Assembly (NCBI GenBank): GCA_013265495.1
Contig: MU057984.1
Span: 434,001-483,380 of the forward strand
DNA length: 49,380 nucleotides
Source: Vicugna vicugna
Taxonomy: Eukaryota
Reading direction: 5' to 3'
Position 1 is the first letter of the stretch; each line of letters starts with the position of its first letter. The position numbers were made by a program, and so were the translations under genes. Shown here one piece after another: positions 13,209 to 26,279 of the stretch. The notes beneath the pieces were generated by a model. That model worked only from the letters and a program-made list of their open reading frames with translations. It searched no databases and was not told where the DNA came from.

Positions 13209-13564
13209 ACAAACTACTTATTATGCTTATTATGCTGCCCTGTCTATCCAAAGCCCTGTGACCTGAGGGTGACAAGTTACTTAATAAGATTGTTGGAATC
13301 CTGGTTTGCACATAAGTGGGAGGTCATGTAAAGAAGTTAGAAAATGGATCAGATTTAGGATAAAGGGATACAGTCTGGGGCAGGAAGTGGATAGAAAAAC
13401 AGATTTTAAGTCAAAAACCAAAATGGTACTATTGTAACTTGTCCAAAAGGAAACTGATTTGGTCTAACAGTTTTGGTTTTGATTTTTTTTTAAATGACGA
13501 GGAATTTTTAGTTATTTGAAATATACAGATGCAGAGAAATACCTCTATTTCTCACATTTGAAAA

Positions 13565-13985
13565 AAATGTTATTGTGATAAAAAACTTAATATGAGATCT
13601 ACCATATTAACAGATTTTTAAGGGCATAATATTTTTATATATAAAGAGTGTTATACAGTAGAACTTATTCATCTTTCATAACTTAAATTTTACACCCATT
13701 GATCAACAGCTCTCTATTTCCCCCTTCCTTAATCCCTGGAAACCACCTTTGTTTCTGAGTTTGTTTCTACTCTTTGTTTCTATGAGTTTGACTATTTTAG
13801 ATATATCATATAAGTAGAATCAGGCAGTAATTGTCTTTCTGTAACTGGCCTATTTCACTTAGCACAATGTTCTCAAGGTTCAATCATGTAACATACTGTA
13901 GGATTTTCTTCTTTTTAAGGATGAATAATATTCCATTGTAAGTATATACCACATCATCTTTGTCCTTTCATCCATCAATGACATG
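13565..13985 (-). mobile_element. L1MA/L1MB-like 3' end fragment
   Basis: atgagatctaccatattaacagatttttaag…tctatgagtttgactattttagatatatcatataagtagaatca. Confidence 0.8.
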
Positions 13986-16900
13986 CCCCAACATGTGTAC
14001 AGAATCCCTCAGCAAATATAGACAACTTATTGATTTAAAGTAAGGAAATCACTATTTAATCATTAGGTAAGCACTAAATTAAGAGACTTCAGTGGCCACA
14101 CAGGAAAAAGAATATAGATCTTACAGAATTAGTTCTGGGATGTCACTAAAGAAACAGTTACAATAATAAGAACAAACAAAAAATTGCAACAACAACGACT
14201 ACTGAATGGAGGTGAGGCTCTATTTCCATGGCTGCCATATTACTTATAATGTTTCATTTCTAAAAATAAAATTTTGAGACACACAAAGAAACAACAGTGA
14301 ACAATTCGTACACAGGAATAAAAAGGCTGTCAACAGAAACTGTCCCTGAGAAAGTTCAAGCATTGGACATATACACATACATTTATACATAAATGTGTTA
14401 TATACAAATTGTGGAGTTAAAATCTACAGAAACTGAAATGAAAATTTCACTCAACAGGGATTCAAGAATAGATTTGAACTGGCTAAATAAAGAATCAGCC
14501 AATATGAAGAAAAAAAATGTCACTTGAGTTTTTCTAGTCTGAAGAACAGAAAGAAAACAGAAAGAAGAAAACTCAACAGTCTCAGGGAACTGGGGAACCA
14601 TTAAGTATACCACTATATGCAAAATGATAATCCCAGAGATAAGAAAGAGACAGGTCAGAAAGATTATTTGAAGAAATAATGGCCAAAAACATACAAAATT
14701 TGAGTCAAAAAACATGAGTTTAAATATGTGAGAATTTCAATGAACCCCATGTAAGATATTCAAAGATATCTTCCCTCAGACACATTTGTCAAACTGCCAA
14801 AAAGCCAAGAAAAGGGAATCTTGAAAGCAGAAAAAGAAAAGTGACTCATTATATACAAGGGATTTGCAATAACGTGAATAGCTGACTTCTCATCAAAACC
14901 CATGAAGGCCAGAATGCAGTGTGAAGACATATTTAAAGTACTGAAAGAAAAAGACTGTGAACCAAGAATTCCATATCCAACAAAGGTATTATTCAGAAAA
15001 GAAGAAGAAATTAGGACATTCCCAGATTAACAAAACTGAGAGACCTCACCACTAGCAGATCTTTACTGTAAGAAATACTAAAAGGAGTCCTTGAAACTGA
15101 CATAAAAGGACATTAGACAGCAAACTGAATCACAGAAATAAAGAGTAAAGGTAAATATATGAGCAAATATAAACGATAGAAGTAGTTTTGTTTGTAAGTA
15201 CTTTCTTTGACCATTTGATTTTTTATAAAACGTATAAAGTAGCATAAAACTGTTGATAGGATATTGTGTAAAGATGTAATTTGTATGACAATAATAGTAC
15301 AAAGGAGGGGGATGCTATATTGGAGCAAAATTTTTGTATACCATTTAAATGAAGTTGTTATTAATCACAATTACATTTAAAAAATATGTTAATTGTATTT
15401 TCCAGGGAAATCACTTTAAAAAAACTCAAAAATTTATCCTGAAAGAAACAAAGGAAGTTAAGTATTAAAACAGAAGACATACTGAAAACAAATAGTAAAA
15501 AGGGAAATGTAAATCTTTCCTTAACCTACTTCATTAGTGATTAACAGGTAAATGTAAAATAATTCAATACAGCAATGAAAAGGCTGAGATATGTGAAATA
15601 AACTTCAAAATGTAATCTAAATCCATGTCATTTACAGGAGACACTTTTTAGATTCAAAAACACAATTCAGTTGAAAGTTTAAGGATGGGAAAAGGATATA
15701 TATGCAAATAGTAACGAAAAGAGAGATACAGTGGCTATGCTAGGATCTGACAAAATAAATATTAAGATAAAAATTGCTATTAGAGACAAATAAGGACAAT
15801 ATACATAGTGATAACAGGCAATTCATCAAGGAGATATAACAATTATAAACACATATGCACCTAATGAAGCCACAAAGTATACAAGGAAATCCTGGTAGAA
15901 TTGAAAGGAGAAATAAAAAATTAAATAATACTATTTGAGACTTAAATATTCTACTCTCAATTGTGATAAGTCAACTAGGTAGATGATCATTAAAAAATAA
16001 AAGACTTAAACAACACTATAAATGAAAGAGACCTAACAAACATCTATTGAACACTCCACCCAACAAGAGCAGAATGCATATACCTCTCAAGTATATGTGC
16101 AACATTCTGCATGGTAGACCATATTTTAGGGTACAAGGTGAGCCTCAATACATTAAAAATGACTGAAATCATATAAAGTACGTTCTGCAACAACAATGGA
16201 ATAGAAATAGAAATCAATAATAAAGTGAAATTTGGGAAATTCTCAAATATGTGAAAATTAAACAACACACTCCGAAAGACATAATTGTTAAAGAGCAAAT
16301 GACAAGATGCATTTAAAAAAAATAATTTGAGATTAAAAAGAAACCAAACATACCAAAATTTATGGGACGCACCTAAAGCAGTCCTCAGAGTGAAATTTAT
16401 AGTTATAAATGCCTATATTAAAAAAGATGTTTCAAATCAATACCTAACCTTGCACTATAAGAAACAAGAAAAAAAAGATTACAACCAAAGAAAAATAGAG
16501 AAAATGGTAAATATTAGAACAGAAATTAATTGAATGAAAGCACAGGACAAAATTTTAGAAATCAAACATTGGTCTCAAAAACATTATCAAATTTTAAAAA
16601 CTGTTAGCAAGAATGACCAAAAAAAATAGTGAGGATTCAAATTACAGAAACATGAATAAAAAAGGGAAAATACACAATTTACAGAAATTTAATAAAAGGA
16701 TTAAAAGGGAACACACTGTACAGTTGTATATAAACAAATCAGATAACCTAGATGAAATGAGCAAACTCCTAAAAAGACACAAACTATTTAGATTGACTCA
16801 AGAAGAAATATAAAATCTGGATAGACTTATAGAAAGGGATTGAAGTAGCAATCAAAAATCTTCCTACATAGAATAGTCAAAACCCAAATGGCTTCATTAG

Positions 16901-17340
16901 TGAAATTTACTAAACATTTCAAGAAGAATTAATATCAATCTTCACAAAAATAGAAATGAAGAGAATAGTTCCCAAGCTATTCTCTCAGACCAGAGTAAGA
17001 GAAATTAACACTTCTATTTATGGTCAATTGATTTTCAACAAAGGTACCAAAATAACTTAATAGGGAAAAGACATTCTTGTTCTTCACATATGAAGTAAGG
17101 CTTTAATTAATGGAAAAGCATACTATGCTTTGAAGGAAAAAATATTCAATTATATGCCTTTTTTTTAGCAACTGGAAAAAAATAACTGATAGTTCATTTA
17201 GAAAAGCAAATGTATAAGAACTGCCAAGAATTTCTGTAATAAATGTTTAATGAGAGAAAATGTGCCATACCAATTATAAAAAGGTACAATAAAGTTGCTG
17301 TAATTTAAAAAAATATAAAAGAAGTAGAAATATAGATAAA
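13985..17340 (+). mobile_element. Old LINE-1 with decayed ORF1 and ORF2 endonuclease region (antisense to CFAP47)
   Basis: ORF1 C-terminal motifs (ctgacttctcatcaaaaccatgaaggccaga…aaccaagaattccatatcca). ORF2 endonuclease remnants (YQNLWDAPKAVLRVKFI in ORF 16327..16533; DNLDEMSKLL). Many stops and frameshifts. Confidence 0.88.
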
Positions 17341-17345
17341 CAGAC

Positions 17346-17560
17346 ATGCTAGCCAGCTTCCCCAAAGCAAGCAATCCAAGAATACAAGCCAGATGTTGCA
17401 ATGCCTTTTCTGACCTAGCCTTGGAAGTCACACACCATCACTTTCATAATATCCTATGGGTCATATATCAGCTTTATGTGATGTGGGAGGGGACTACACA
17501 ACAGCGTGAGTACCAGGAGGTGAAGATGACTGGGAGTCATTTATGATGACGGTTACCACA
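17346..17560 (-). mobile_element. MLT1-type MaLR LTR fragment
   Basis: gccttttctgacctagccttggaagtcacacaccatcacttt…tgtgggagggactacacaa…taccaggagg…ttaccaca. Confidence 0.75.
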
Positions 17561-17701
17561 AAATTCTAGTAAGAAATTTCTTAAAACTGTCTTAAGAACA
17601 TATAGCTAATAATCTAAACTTCTGTATACATGATAAAATAATATGTGAAGAATAAATTGATATATAAAAAAACAACAATTACAGGGAAAAAAAGTACTTA
17701 C

Positions 17702-17861
17702 TTGGACAGAAATTTATAGAAACATTACACTCTTCATTTGGTCTCAGAGTCCCACTCAGCATGCTAAATTTGAATATGCCATTTTTAAAAAGTTTGCCAG
17801 TATTACTAGTTTTCAAAGTCCACTTTACATCTTTTTTGGAAACATTATGTAAGACAAGCTC
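17702..17861 (-). CDS. CFAP47: CFAP47 internal coding exon, 160 nt, phase 0 to phase 1: ELVLHNVSKKDVKWTLKTSNTGKLFKNGIFKFSMLSGTLRPNEECNVSINFCP
   Basis: Acceptor tttttttatgtgtgaacag|GAG, donor CCAA|gtaagt. Overlaps ORF 17679..17873. Shows the ASH/MSP-like Ig-fold pattern (L.N…W…F…G.L.P…V.I.F.P) typical of CFAP47/Hydin-type proteins. Confidence 0.94.
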
Positions 17862-18089
17862 CTGTTCACACATAAAAAAAGAGTAAATTTATAAAGATTA
17901 TAATAGGAAACATAAAATTTAGTTTCTATTGCCACAGCAACATGATGAGCCTATGCACAAAGTCAAGCAATTAAAAGTGGTAATCACAGATAACATGTTT
18001 TAAAACTAATGTTTGGCAAATAAAGGGGTATGCAAATACATTCACAGCCTGTTAAGAACTATGAGAAGTACACAAAGGAGCAATGCTAG

Positions 18090-20900
18090 CTAGCAAGTAT
18101 GCAGAGTAATAAGAAACTTCATTCATGATGGGGAGAAAGCAAATTAGTACAGTTACTTTGGAAGACAATTTGGCAATTTTTTTTTACAGCATTTTTATTG
18201 TTAACAAGTCCATTAAAATCACCCAGAAACACAGCAAGATTTTTTAGTTTCTCCTAATATAATTTTGAATTTTTTCTCTTCTGGTTTTTTTTTTTACATT
18301 TTTTATTGATTCATAATCATTTTACAGTGTTGTGTCAAATTCCAGTATTCAGCACAATTTTTCAGTCATTCATGGACATATACACACTCATTGTCACATT
18401 TTTTTCTCTGTGATTTATCATAACATTTTGTGTATATTTCCCTGTGCTATACAGTGTAATCTTGTTTATCTATTCTACAATTTTGAAATCCCAGTCTATC
18501 CCTTCCCACCCTCTACCCCCCCCCCCGGTAACCACAAGTCTGTATTCTCTGTCCATGAGTCTATTTCTGTCCTGTATTTATGCTTTGTTTTTGTTTGTTT
18601 GTTTGTTTTTGTTTTTTAGATTCCACATATGAGCGATCTCATATGGTATTTTTCTTTCTCTTTCTGGCTTACTTCACTTAGAATGACATTCTCTAGGAGC
18701 ATCCATGTTGCTGCAAATGGCATTATGTTGTCGGTTTTTATGGCTGAGTAGTATTCCATTGTATAAATATACCACCTCTTCTTTATCCAGTCACCTGTTG
18801 ATGGACATTTAGGTTGTTTCCATGTTTTGGCTATTGTAAATAGTGCTGCTATGAACACTGGGGTGCAGGTGTCATCCTGAAGTAGATTTCCTTCTGGGTA
18901 CAAGCCCAGGAGTGGGATTCCTGGGTCATAGGGTAAGTCTATTCCTAGTCTTTTGAGGAATCTCCACACTGTTTTCCATAGTGGCTGCACCAAACTGCAT
19001 TCCCACCAGCAGTGTAGGAGGGTTCCCCTTTCTCCACAGCCTCTCCAGCATTTGTCATTTTTGGATTTTTGAATGACGGCCATTCTTACTGGTGTGAGGT
19101 GAGGCAATTTCTAATAATGTTAAACATACACCTGCCAAATGATCCAATAATCCCACTTGTAAGTATTTTCTTAAGTGAAATGAAAATTTATGTTCATATA
19201 AAAATCTGTATATGAATGTTTATAATAACTTTGTTCATAATCACCAAACACTGGAAGGAAAAACAAATAAGATTTCCTTCAACTAATGAATGTATAAACA
19301 AACTGTAATACACCCATACAATGGAATAAAATTCAGTGATAAAATAAGTGAAATACTATTCCATGTAGAAACATAAAGGAGTATTAAATATATTTTGTTA
19401 AGTAAAATATATCAGACCCAAATTGCTACATATTGTATAATTAAATTACCTGTCACTCCAGAAATGCAGAATTATCTGGATAGAAAAAAATCAGCTGCTG
19501 CCAAGTGTTGGTAGAAGGAGAAATTAAGGAGTAACACACAGAACCTTAGCGTGATGAAACAGTTCTGTATGGTACTGAAGTAGTAAATAAGTTATTCTAC
19601 GCATTTTTCAAAACCCATAGAACTGTAAACTGCAAAGGGTGAACTCAAATATATATATAAATTAAAAACAATCAATCAAGATGCTGGGGATCCCAGGATG
19701 GTCTAGACTGTGACAAACTATATCACAAATACATTAAAAAAAAAACCTCACTGAAGTCAGCGGAAGTGGAGAGGAGTAGCCCAAGTAACTATGGAGAACA
19801 GTATTTTGACTGGAAACTATAATGCTAAAAACAAAAAGGTACTCTTCAAAAACACTGTACTCTACTTGGATAATGTGTCAACAATTTAACAGGTTGCAGA
19901 TTAAAACTTCTGAAACTTCTTTATTAAGGATATCAGGGTTAGAAAATAAGTAAACACATTACAAATAAGAGAACCGGACTTCTCACTGTCAGAGAAAGGA
20001 GTTAAAAATGAACAAGGGAGAAAGACTAGAATGAATCTTGTGGTACTAGATTAGAATCAGAGATACCAGTTTGAACTCAGGCTGGAAGGAAGGAACGGAG
20101 GCAAGGAGGGAAAAGAGGTCCTAGTAGCCAAAGCTGGAACAATATTAACAACAAAATTAAAAATGTATTGTTAGATTATGACTGAAATTACAAAATAAAT
20201 ACATGAGTTCATAACGATATACAAAGTAATTAAATAAATAAATACATGGAGGAAGGGAATAGTCTTTCTTATGGAAAAATTCCAAATAATATATTTAAAT
20301 ATCCCCTCCAGAAGGTGGAACTTGATTCCTACCCGTTGAGTACGGGCAGAAACTGATGACTCACTTCCAAAGCATAGAGTGTGAAAAGGGAAAAATAGTT
20401 TCTCCAACTGTACAGTAGAGAAACCTGGCATATATCACCAGTGGTAAGTCATATAGATATTATGTACTCCATTCACATAATATGACAAAAAGAACATTTC
20501 ACCTCAGTGACATTCTTCCTCAAAACCCATGGAAAATAAGAACTCACTCTAGACAGGTGGAAAACATCAGACAAACTGAAACCGAAGAACATTCTGAAAA
20601 AAAAAAAAAAAGCCAGACCAATTTAAAATTGGTCTGATAGAGTCAAAACATTAGCAAGATTGAGAGCCTGTCACGTATCAGAGGAGACTAAATACAATAT
20701 GGTATCCTGGATGGACCATGGGACAGTAAGAGGACCTTAAAATCTGAATAGGGTCTGTTGTTTAATATAGTTAATAATATTCATTACTAAAGTTAATATA
20801 GCTAATATTAATACAGATAATATTTAATAAAGTTAATAATATTTTACTAATGTTAATTTCTTAGTTTAAAAAATGTTCTATGGTTGTACAAAGTACATCG
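18090..20900 (+). mobile_element. Old L1MC-like ORF2 end and long 3'UTR, interrupted by a young L1
   Basis: actttggaagacaatttggcaattt continues at 19103 as ggcaatttctaataatgttaaacatacac. Later L1MC-type 3'UTR motifs include ccagaaggtggaacttgattcct and cagtagagaaacctggca. Confidence 0.78.
18180..19102 (-). mobile_element. Young 5'-truncated LINE-1 (intact ORF2 C-terminus, 3'UTR, poly(A), 3' transduction)
   Basis: Uninterrupted ORF2 C-terminal ORF 18616..19107 including the cysteine-rich [18 protein letters not shown] motif. TSD ggcaattt at 18172-18179 and 19103-19110. Confidence 0.95.
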
Positions 20901-21624
20901 TTGTGATGTCCCTGGAAATCTGGGAGCCATGAACCTAAATGGTGGGCAGATTCATCTTTCCAGTGCAACACACCATTAAAATAAAACCTTCAACTAGGTT
21001 TTTAAAATTACCTTTATTCTTCAAAATTTGAAGAGTGTAGAATGATCCACACAATTGTCACCATAACAAAATATACTTTTGTTTCTTTGTAAAGCATGCT
21101 TGATTGATTTCAAATATTAAGGATTAAAAAAAAGAGTCAATTCTACTCCTAGATGTCTCTAAGTACTGAGACATCTATTTAGTTCTAATATTTGTGTACT
21201 CTGTAACAAAGTTCATTTGCACCTTATAAACAAAACATCTTTTAATACAGAAGATGAGCAGGGTATCATCCCAGTTATGTGACTGCCTCACATTTCTCAT
21301 TCTGAAATTGAGGAAATGATGTAAGATCTCTAAAAAATATCCACATTCTATATCCTAACCTCAGAATAGAATTGATCCAGTCATCTATGAATGACGGTTT
21401 AATTTGTTTAGTATGTGTAGTACTGTATTCTTTTTCTTTACAACTTAATCAAAATGATACATGTACATCATTCAAAAGTCCTTATAAAAAACAGCTGACC
21501 CATTCAACTCTTTCTTAACAATAGTTTTGCTTCCCAGAAGCAACCAATTTTAGCCAATTCTTATTTCAATTTTCTCTAACAATTATAACCTTATTCCAAA
21601 AGTGACGCTGATAGGGCTTACTTT

Positions 21625-22135
21625 AAGTTTTTTAACTGCTGCCGTAACAAATTACGGCAAACTTAGTGGTTTAAAACAACACAAATTTATTATATTACAG
21701 TCATGTCTCTTAGAAGGTCTGCAGATATCACTGGACTAAGACCAAGGTGTTAGAAGGAACTATGATACTTTCTGGAGGTCCTAGGGAAGAATCCATTTCC
21801 TTGCCATTTTCAGTTTCTGGAGGTCAGACACATTCTTTGGCTGGTGGCCTCCCTGCCCTATCTTCAAATCTAGCAACAGTGCATCTCTCTGACTTTTCTT
21901 CTGTCATCATGTTTCCTTCCGACCACAGTCAGGAAAGGATCTCTGTTTTCAGCCCCTGGTGTGATTAGAGTGGGACCACCTACTTACTCTCGGAGACTTC
22001 TCTTGCTTAGGGTCATTAATCTTCATCACATTATACATCAGCAAAGTATCTTTTACGATGTAAGGGATTATATTCACAAATTCTGGGGATGAGAAACTGG
22101 ACAACTTTGGGGGCTGTTGCTCTATTTCATGATTT
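21625..22135 (-). mobile_element. MLT1B/C-like MaLR solo LTR
   Basis: ctgctgccgtaacaaattacggcaaacttagtggtttaaaacaacacaaatttatt…ctggaggtcctagggaagaatccatttccttgcc…atattcacaaattctggggatgag. Confidence 0.85.
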
Positions 22136-22391
22136 ACCAGTTTGGATACTGTCTTTTGACTGCCCACTGCTAAGGATGAGGATTTAGCTCATTTACATCA
22201 GCTCCACTCCTCTCTCCATCTTCCAATTCTGGGTATTTATATATTTTAATTCTTCCATTAGTCACTTAGTAATTTTAAGCAATATATTTGTATCTATAGT
22301 TCCTTTGCTGTCACCTTTAGACAATATGCTTTAATTACTCACAATATAAAATGAGTTTAATTCCTCTTTCTTTCACCATCCCCAACCTTTC

Positions 22392-23005
22392 TATTAGAGC
22401 AGGTAGGTAGCTGGAGATGAGCAGAGAAAGGGGGGCACAGGCCAAACGGCGGAAAACCATACATCCTGTGAACAATGGGGGTCCTTGGACACATCAAGAA
22501 AAACAGGATCCTCCAGACTGATTTAAAAAACCATACATTCTGGGCTGACAAGTGTTCTGGAGGCAGAAGGGTGGGATAAGACAGGAATCATATCATCCAA
22601 ACGTAACTTTTCGATCATTATGACCTCTGACCAAATGTAACCTTTAGCTTATGATACTCCTCATCCGAATGTAACCTTCTGTTCATTATGGCCTCATCCC
22701 ACTCCCCGATCAAGACTAAATGAGGACCAAAAAAAAATCCCTTTTCCCCACCTGGGAAGGTGGAGCTGGGATGAAGATCAGAAAGGACGACCCCAAATCC
22801 CTCCCTCCCAGTGAATATTCTCCCATTCCTTTATAAACCCATATAACGAGCTTGCCAAGGAAACTCGGGGCAGCCATCCACCTGGGTCTGTCTGCTCTTT
22901 CCTTAGGAGTGTACCATCTATCCCTTAGTAAATCTTTGCTTTGCTTTCTTGACTTCTGTGTCTTGTTTCTTGATTCTTTCTGCGACAAGAACCTTCTAGT
23001 CGACA
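22392..23005 (+). mobile_element. ERV (class I-like) solo LTR, about 610 bp
   Basis: GC-richer island from tattagagcagg to gtcgaca. It has U3 tandem repeats, a TATA-like tttataaa near 22830, a poly(A)-signal variant AGTAAA at 22927-22932 and a T-rich U5. The TSD is not clean. Confidence 0.75.
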
Positions 23006-23987
23006 TCTTTGTCAACTTCATCTTCACATACACATTTTACATATCATAAATGTGTTATTTTACATATAATACATCACATAAAATCACATTTTAATTCTGC
23101 TACATAAATTTATTAAGGTTTCTCCTTATTATATATTTTATTATGACTATAAACATCATTCATGGCAAACCCAAGTAGTGTATTAGAGTCACATTCCCTT
23201 CCCTGTGAGGCCAAGGTGACTCAAAAGAGAAGGTTCTTATTGTCAAGATCATCTTTTATCATAGCAACTGAATTAAAATTTCAATGATATAAAATAACGT
23301 GTTTATGAAGAGACTTTTTCTCTGGAATTCAACCCAATTTGCATCCCTAAAGCCTCCCTTTTAGCCCCACATACAAGATCTTTTGCATCCTTGAAGTTAC
23401 ATTAAAGTTAGAAGTCTTGCTAACTTCTTATACTTGAAAGAGTCACATTTTCATTTCAGAAGAGATCCTTTACTGTTCTCCAACTATAATTTCATATAGC
23501 ATGCTATTATTTTATGGAAGCAATGTTTAATATTTTCTCCATATAATTTTTTCAAGGGTTTAGAGGTTCAAAAGTGATTGCAGAAAAAGTGACATGTAAG
23601 ACAAAAAGGTGGACTACAAATACAGATTTCTACAATGTATGCATGAGCTTCTTTCTTATGCATCTCTCTCTTTTTTACTTTCTAAATGAGGTCATAATTA
23701 GAAGAGAGGTAGAGATATCTATTAAGAAAAAAGAGTAGATTATCATAAAAGTCACTTTACTATATACCTGGACTTTTTTGGTTTTTATTACTGCCTCTTG
23801 CCATATTTCCTTACCTTTACAGAACATATTTCACATTAATTTTAATCATAGCTTCCATTTGTGTAAGGAGAGGGATAATTTAATTCTATTTAATGTATTT
23901 TGAACAGTTGAATTAAATATACACATGTATAAAATTAATGGCTTTATATGTGTTTGTATACTTTGGCAATTACTTTAAGAAATATGG

Positions 23988-24024
23988 CATATATATATGT
24001 GTGTGTGTGTATATGTATATATAT
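23988..24024. repeat. Compound (TA)n/(TG)n microsatellite
   Basis: Directly visible. Confidence 0.85.
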
Positions 24025-24155
24025 GCAAGTTCTCTAAAAATGAAAGTATTCTTACAACACATGCTTGGGAGTAATCAACCCAATAAATTAAAATCAACCC
24101 AATAAATTAAAATAATCAGAAAAAGTTGTAAACTGCATCAATTACCTATACATAC

Positions 24156-24250
24156 CTGAGTTTTTGTGATCTTGTTATTAGGATCCATAGTATGTGATGG
24201 GATTTCAAACATAAAATCAGTGCTGGATAATCTCAATGGGGCTTGCAATG
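24156..24250 (-). CDS. CFAP47: CFAP47 internal coding exon, 95 nt, phase 1 to phase 0: (A)LQAPLRLSSTDFMFEIPSHTMDPNNKITKTQ
   Basis: Acceptor tcttctttcctctcatag|CA, donor CAG|gtatgt. Open frame, in phase with exons 34468 and 17861. Confidence 0.93.
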
Positions 24251-24767
24251 CTATGAGAGGAAAGAAGACATACTGTTAAAATATTAATATACATAAGCTC
24301 ATAGATAATTCTTACTGTATTTTTAAATTTTTCTACCATTTTTATATTCATAGCCAGAAAACAAAATTATCTTTAAAAACATTTCAGAAATATCTTGGTT
24401 CATCACATCTATAGTTCTGATTTTGTTTTTTTAATGGTAATTAATTATAAGTAAAATGAAAAATACATCCTGGAGACATTAAGAGTATAAAATATGCTAA
24501 ATATTGACCTCAGGAAACAGATAGACAAAGTTAAAATGATCTCCATACTAGAATATGACCAATGCAGAAGTACAGAAGTGAAAAGAAGTATAGAAGGAAA
24601 AATTATTGGAATAAATGGAAAATACATAGATGGAATATCATATAACATTTTACACATGAAACAAAAAAGTTCTAGGGAGAAAATGGCTATCCTACAGAAG
24701 ATAAGAAATGGAAGTATCTGTAAAAATATATTAGAGAATATATTATTACCTGCTGCAAAATGCTGTA

Positions 24768-26270
24768 TTTTTTAATGTTTATTTTTAGAGGAATTTTAGA
24801 TTCAGAGTTGAGCAGAAAGTACAGAGATTTCCCATAGGCCCCCTGCCTCCACACATAAACAGCCCCCTCCATTACCAACATCCTCCACCACAGCGGTACA
24901 TTCATTACACATGAACCTCCAATGACATGTCATTATAACCTAATATCCACTGTTTACATTAGGGATCACTCATGGTGCTGTACATTCTATAGGTCTGAAC
25001 AAATGTATAACAACATCTATTCACCGTTATAATTTCATACAGAGGAGATTCACTGTCCCCCAAATCCTCTGTGGTCTGCCCATTCATTTCTCTCCCCCCA
25101 ACAACCCTTGGAAACCACATACCTCTTCCAAAATGTCATGTGGTTGGGATGATACAGCATGTAGCCTTTTGAGATTAGATTCTTTCACTTACTAATACAC
25201 ATTTAAGGGTTTTTCATGTCTTTTCATGACCTAATAGTTCATTTTTTTTTTAGTGCTGAATATTCTACTGTGGATATACCACAGTTTATTTATCCATTCA
25301 CCTAATGAAGAACATCTTGGTCGCTTCCAACTTCCGGCAATTATGAACAAAACTGCCATAAAAATGTACAAGCAGGTTCTTGTGTAGACTTAAGTTTTCA
25401 ACTTCTTTGGGTAAATACCCTAGGAGAGTGATTTGCTGGATCATATGATAAGAGTATGTTTAGTGTGGGAAGAAACCAATGAATGCCCAACTGTTTTCCA
25501 AAGCAGAAGTATCATTTTACAATCCCATCAGCAATGCAGTCTCACTAGCAACTGCATTCCTACCAATCCCTATTGTTCCACATCCTCATCAGCATTTAGT
25601 GTTTGCAGTGTTCTGGATTCTAGCCATTCTAATAGGTGTATAGTGGTATCTTATTGTTACCTTAATTTGCATTTCCCGGATAACATATGATGTGGAACAT
25701 TTTTTCATGTGCTTTTTTGCCACTGGCATACCTTCTTTGGTAAGGTGTATGTTCAGATCTTTGGCCTGTTTTGTAATTGGTTTGTTTTTCTTGTTGAGTT
25801 TTTAAGACATCTCTATATTTTGAATAGCTGTTCTTTACCAGATATGTCTTCTGCAAATATTTTCTCCCAGTCAGTGGCTCGTCTTTTTCATATCTTGATA
25901 GTGTCTTTTGTAGAGCAGAAATTTTTAATTTTAATGAGGTCCAGCTTATTCTTTCTTTCATAGATCCTGTCTTTGTTGCTATATCTAAAATGTTACTGCC
26001 AAACTCAATGTCATCTAGATTTTTTTCCTATGTTCTCTTCTAAGAGTTTTATAGTTCCACATTTTATTTTCAGGTCTGCGATCCATTCTGAGTTAGTTTT
26101 TGTGAAGGGTATAAAGTCTGTATTTAGATTCATTTTTTTTGCTTGTGGATGTTCGGTGGTTCAGGAAAATTTTTTAAAAAGCCTATTTATTCTGAATTGT
26201 ATTTCCTCTACTCCTTTGTCAAAGATCAGCTTACTATATCTATGTTGGCCTAATTCTGGCCTTTTTTTTC
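24768..26270 (-). mobile_element. L1MC1-like 3'UTR plus ORF2 3' part
   Basis: ttgagcagaaagtacagagatttcccata… terminus. Antisense ORF2 motifs include ctagccattctaataggtgtatagtggtatct and ctcctttgtcaaagatcag. Confidence 0.85.
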
Positions 26271-26279
26271 TGTCCCACT

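Noticed and set aside
18616..19107. 163-aa ORF as a standalone gene
   Set aside because: It is the C-terminus of L1 ORF2 in a 5'-truncated copy with no promoter or genuine start.
20760..20860. AT-rich quasi-repeat (ttaata units) as an array
   Set aside because: Low-complexity expansion inside an old L1 3'UTR with no repeat-spacer structure.
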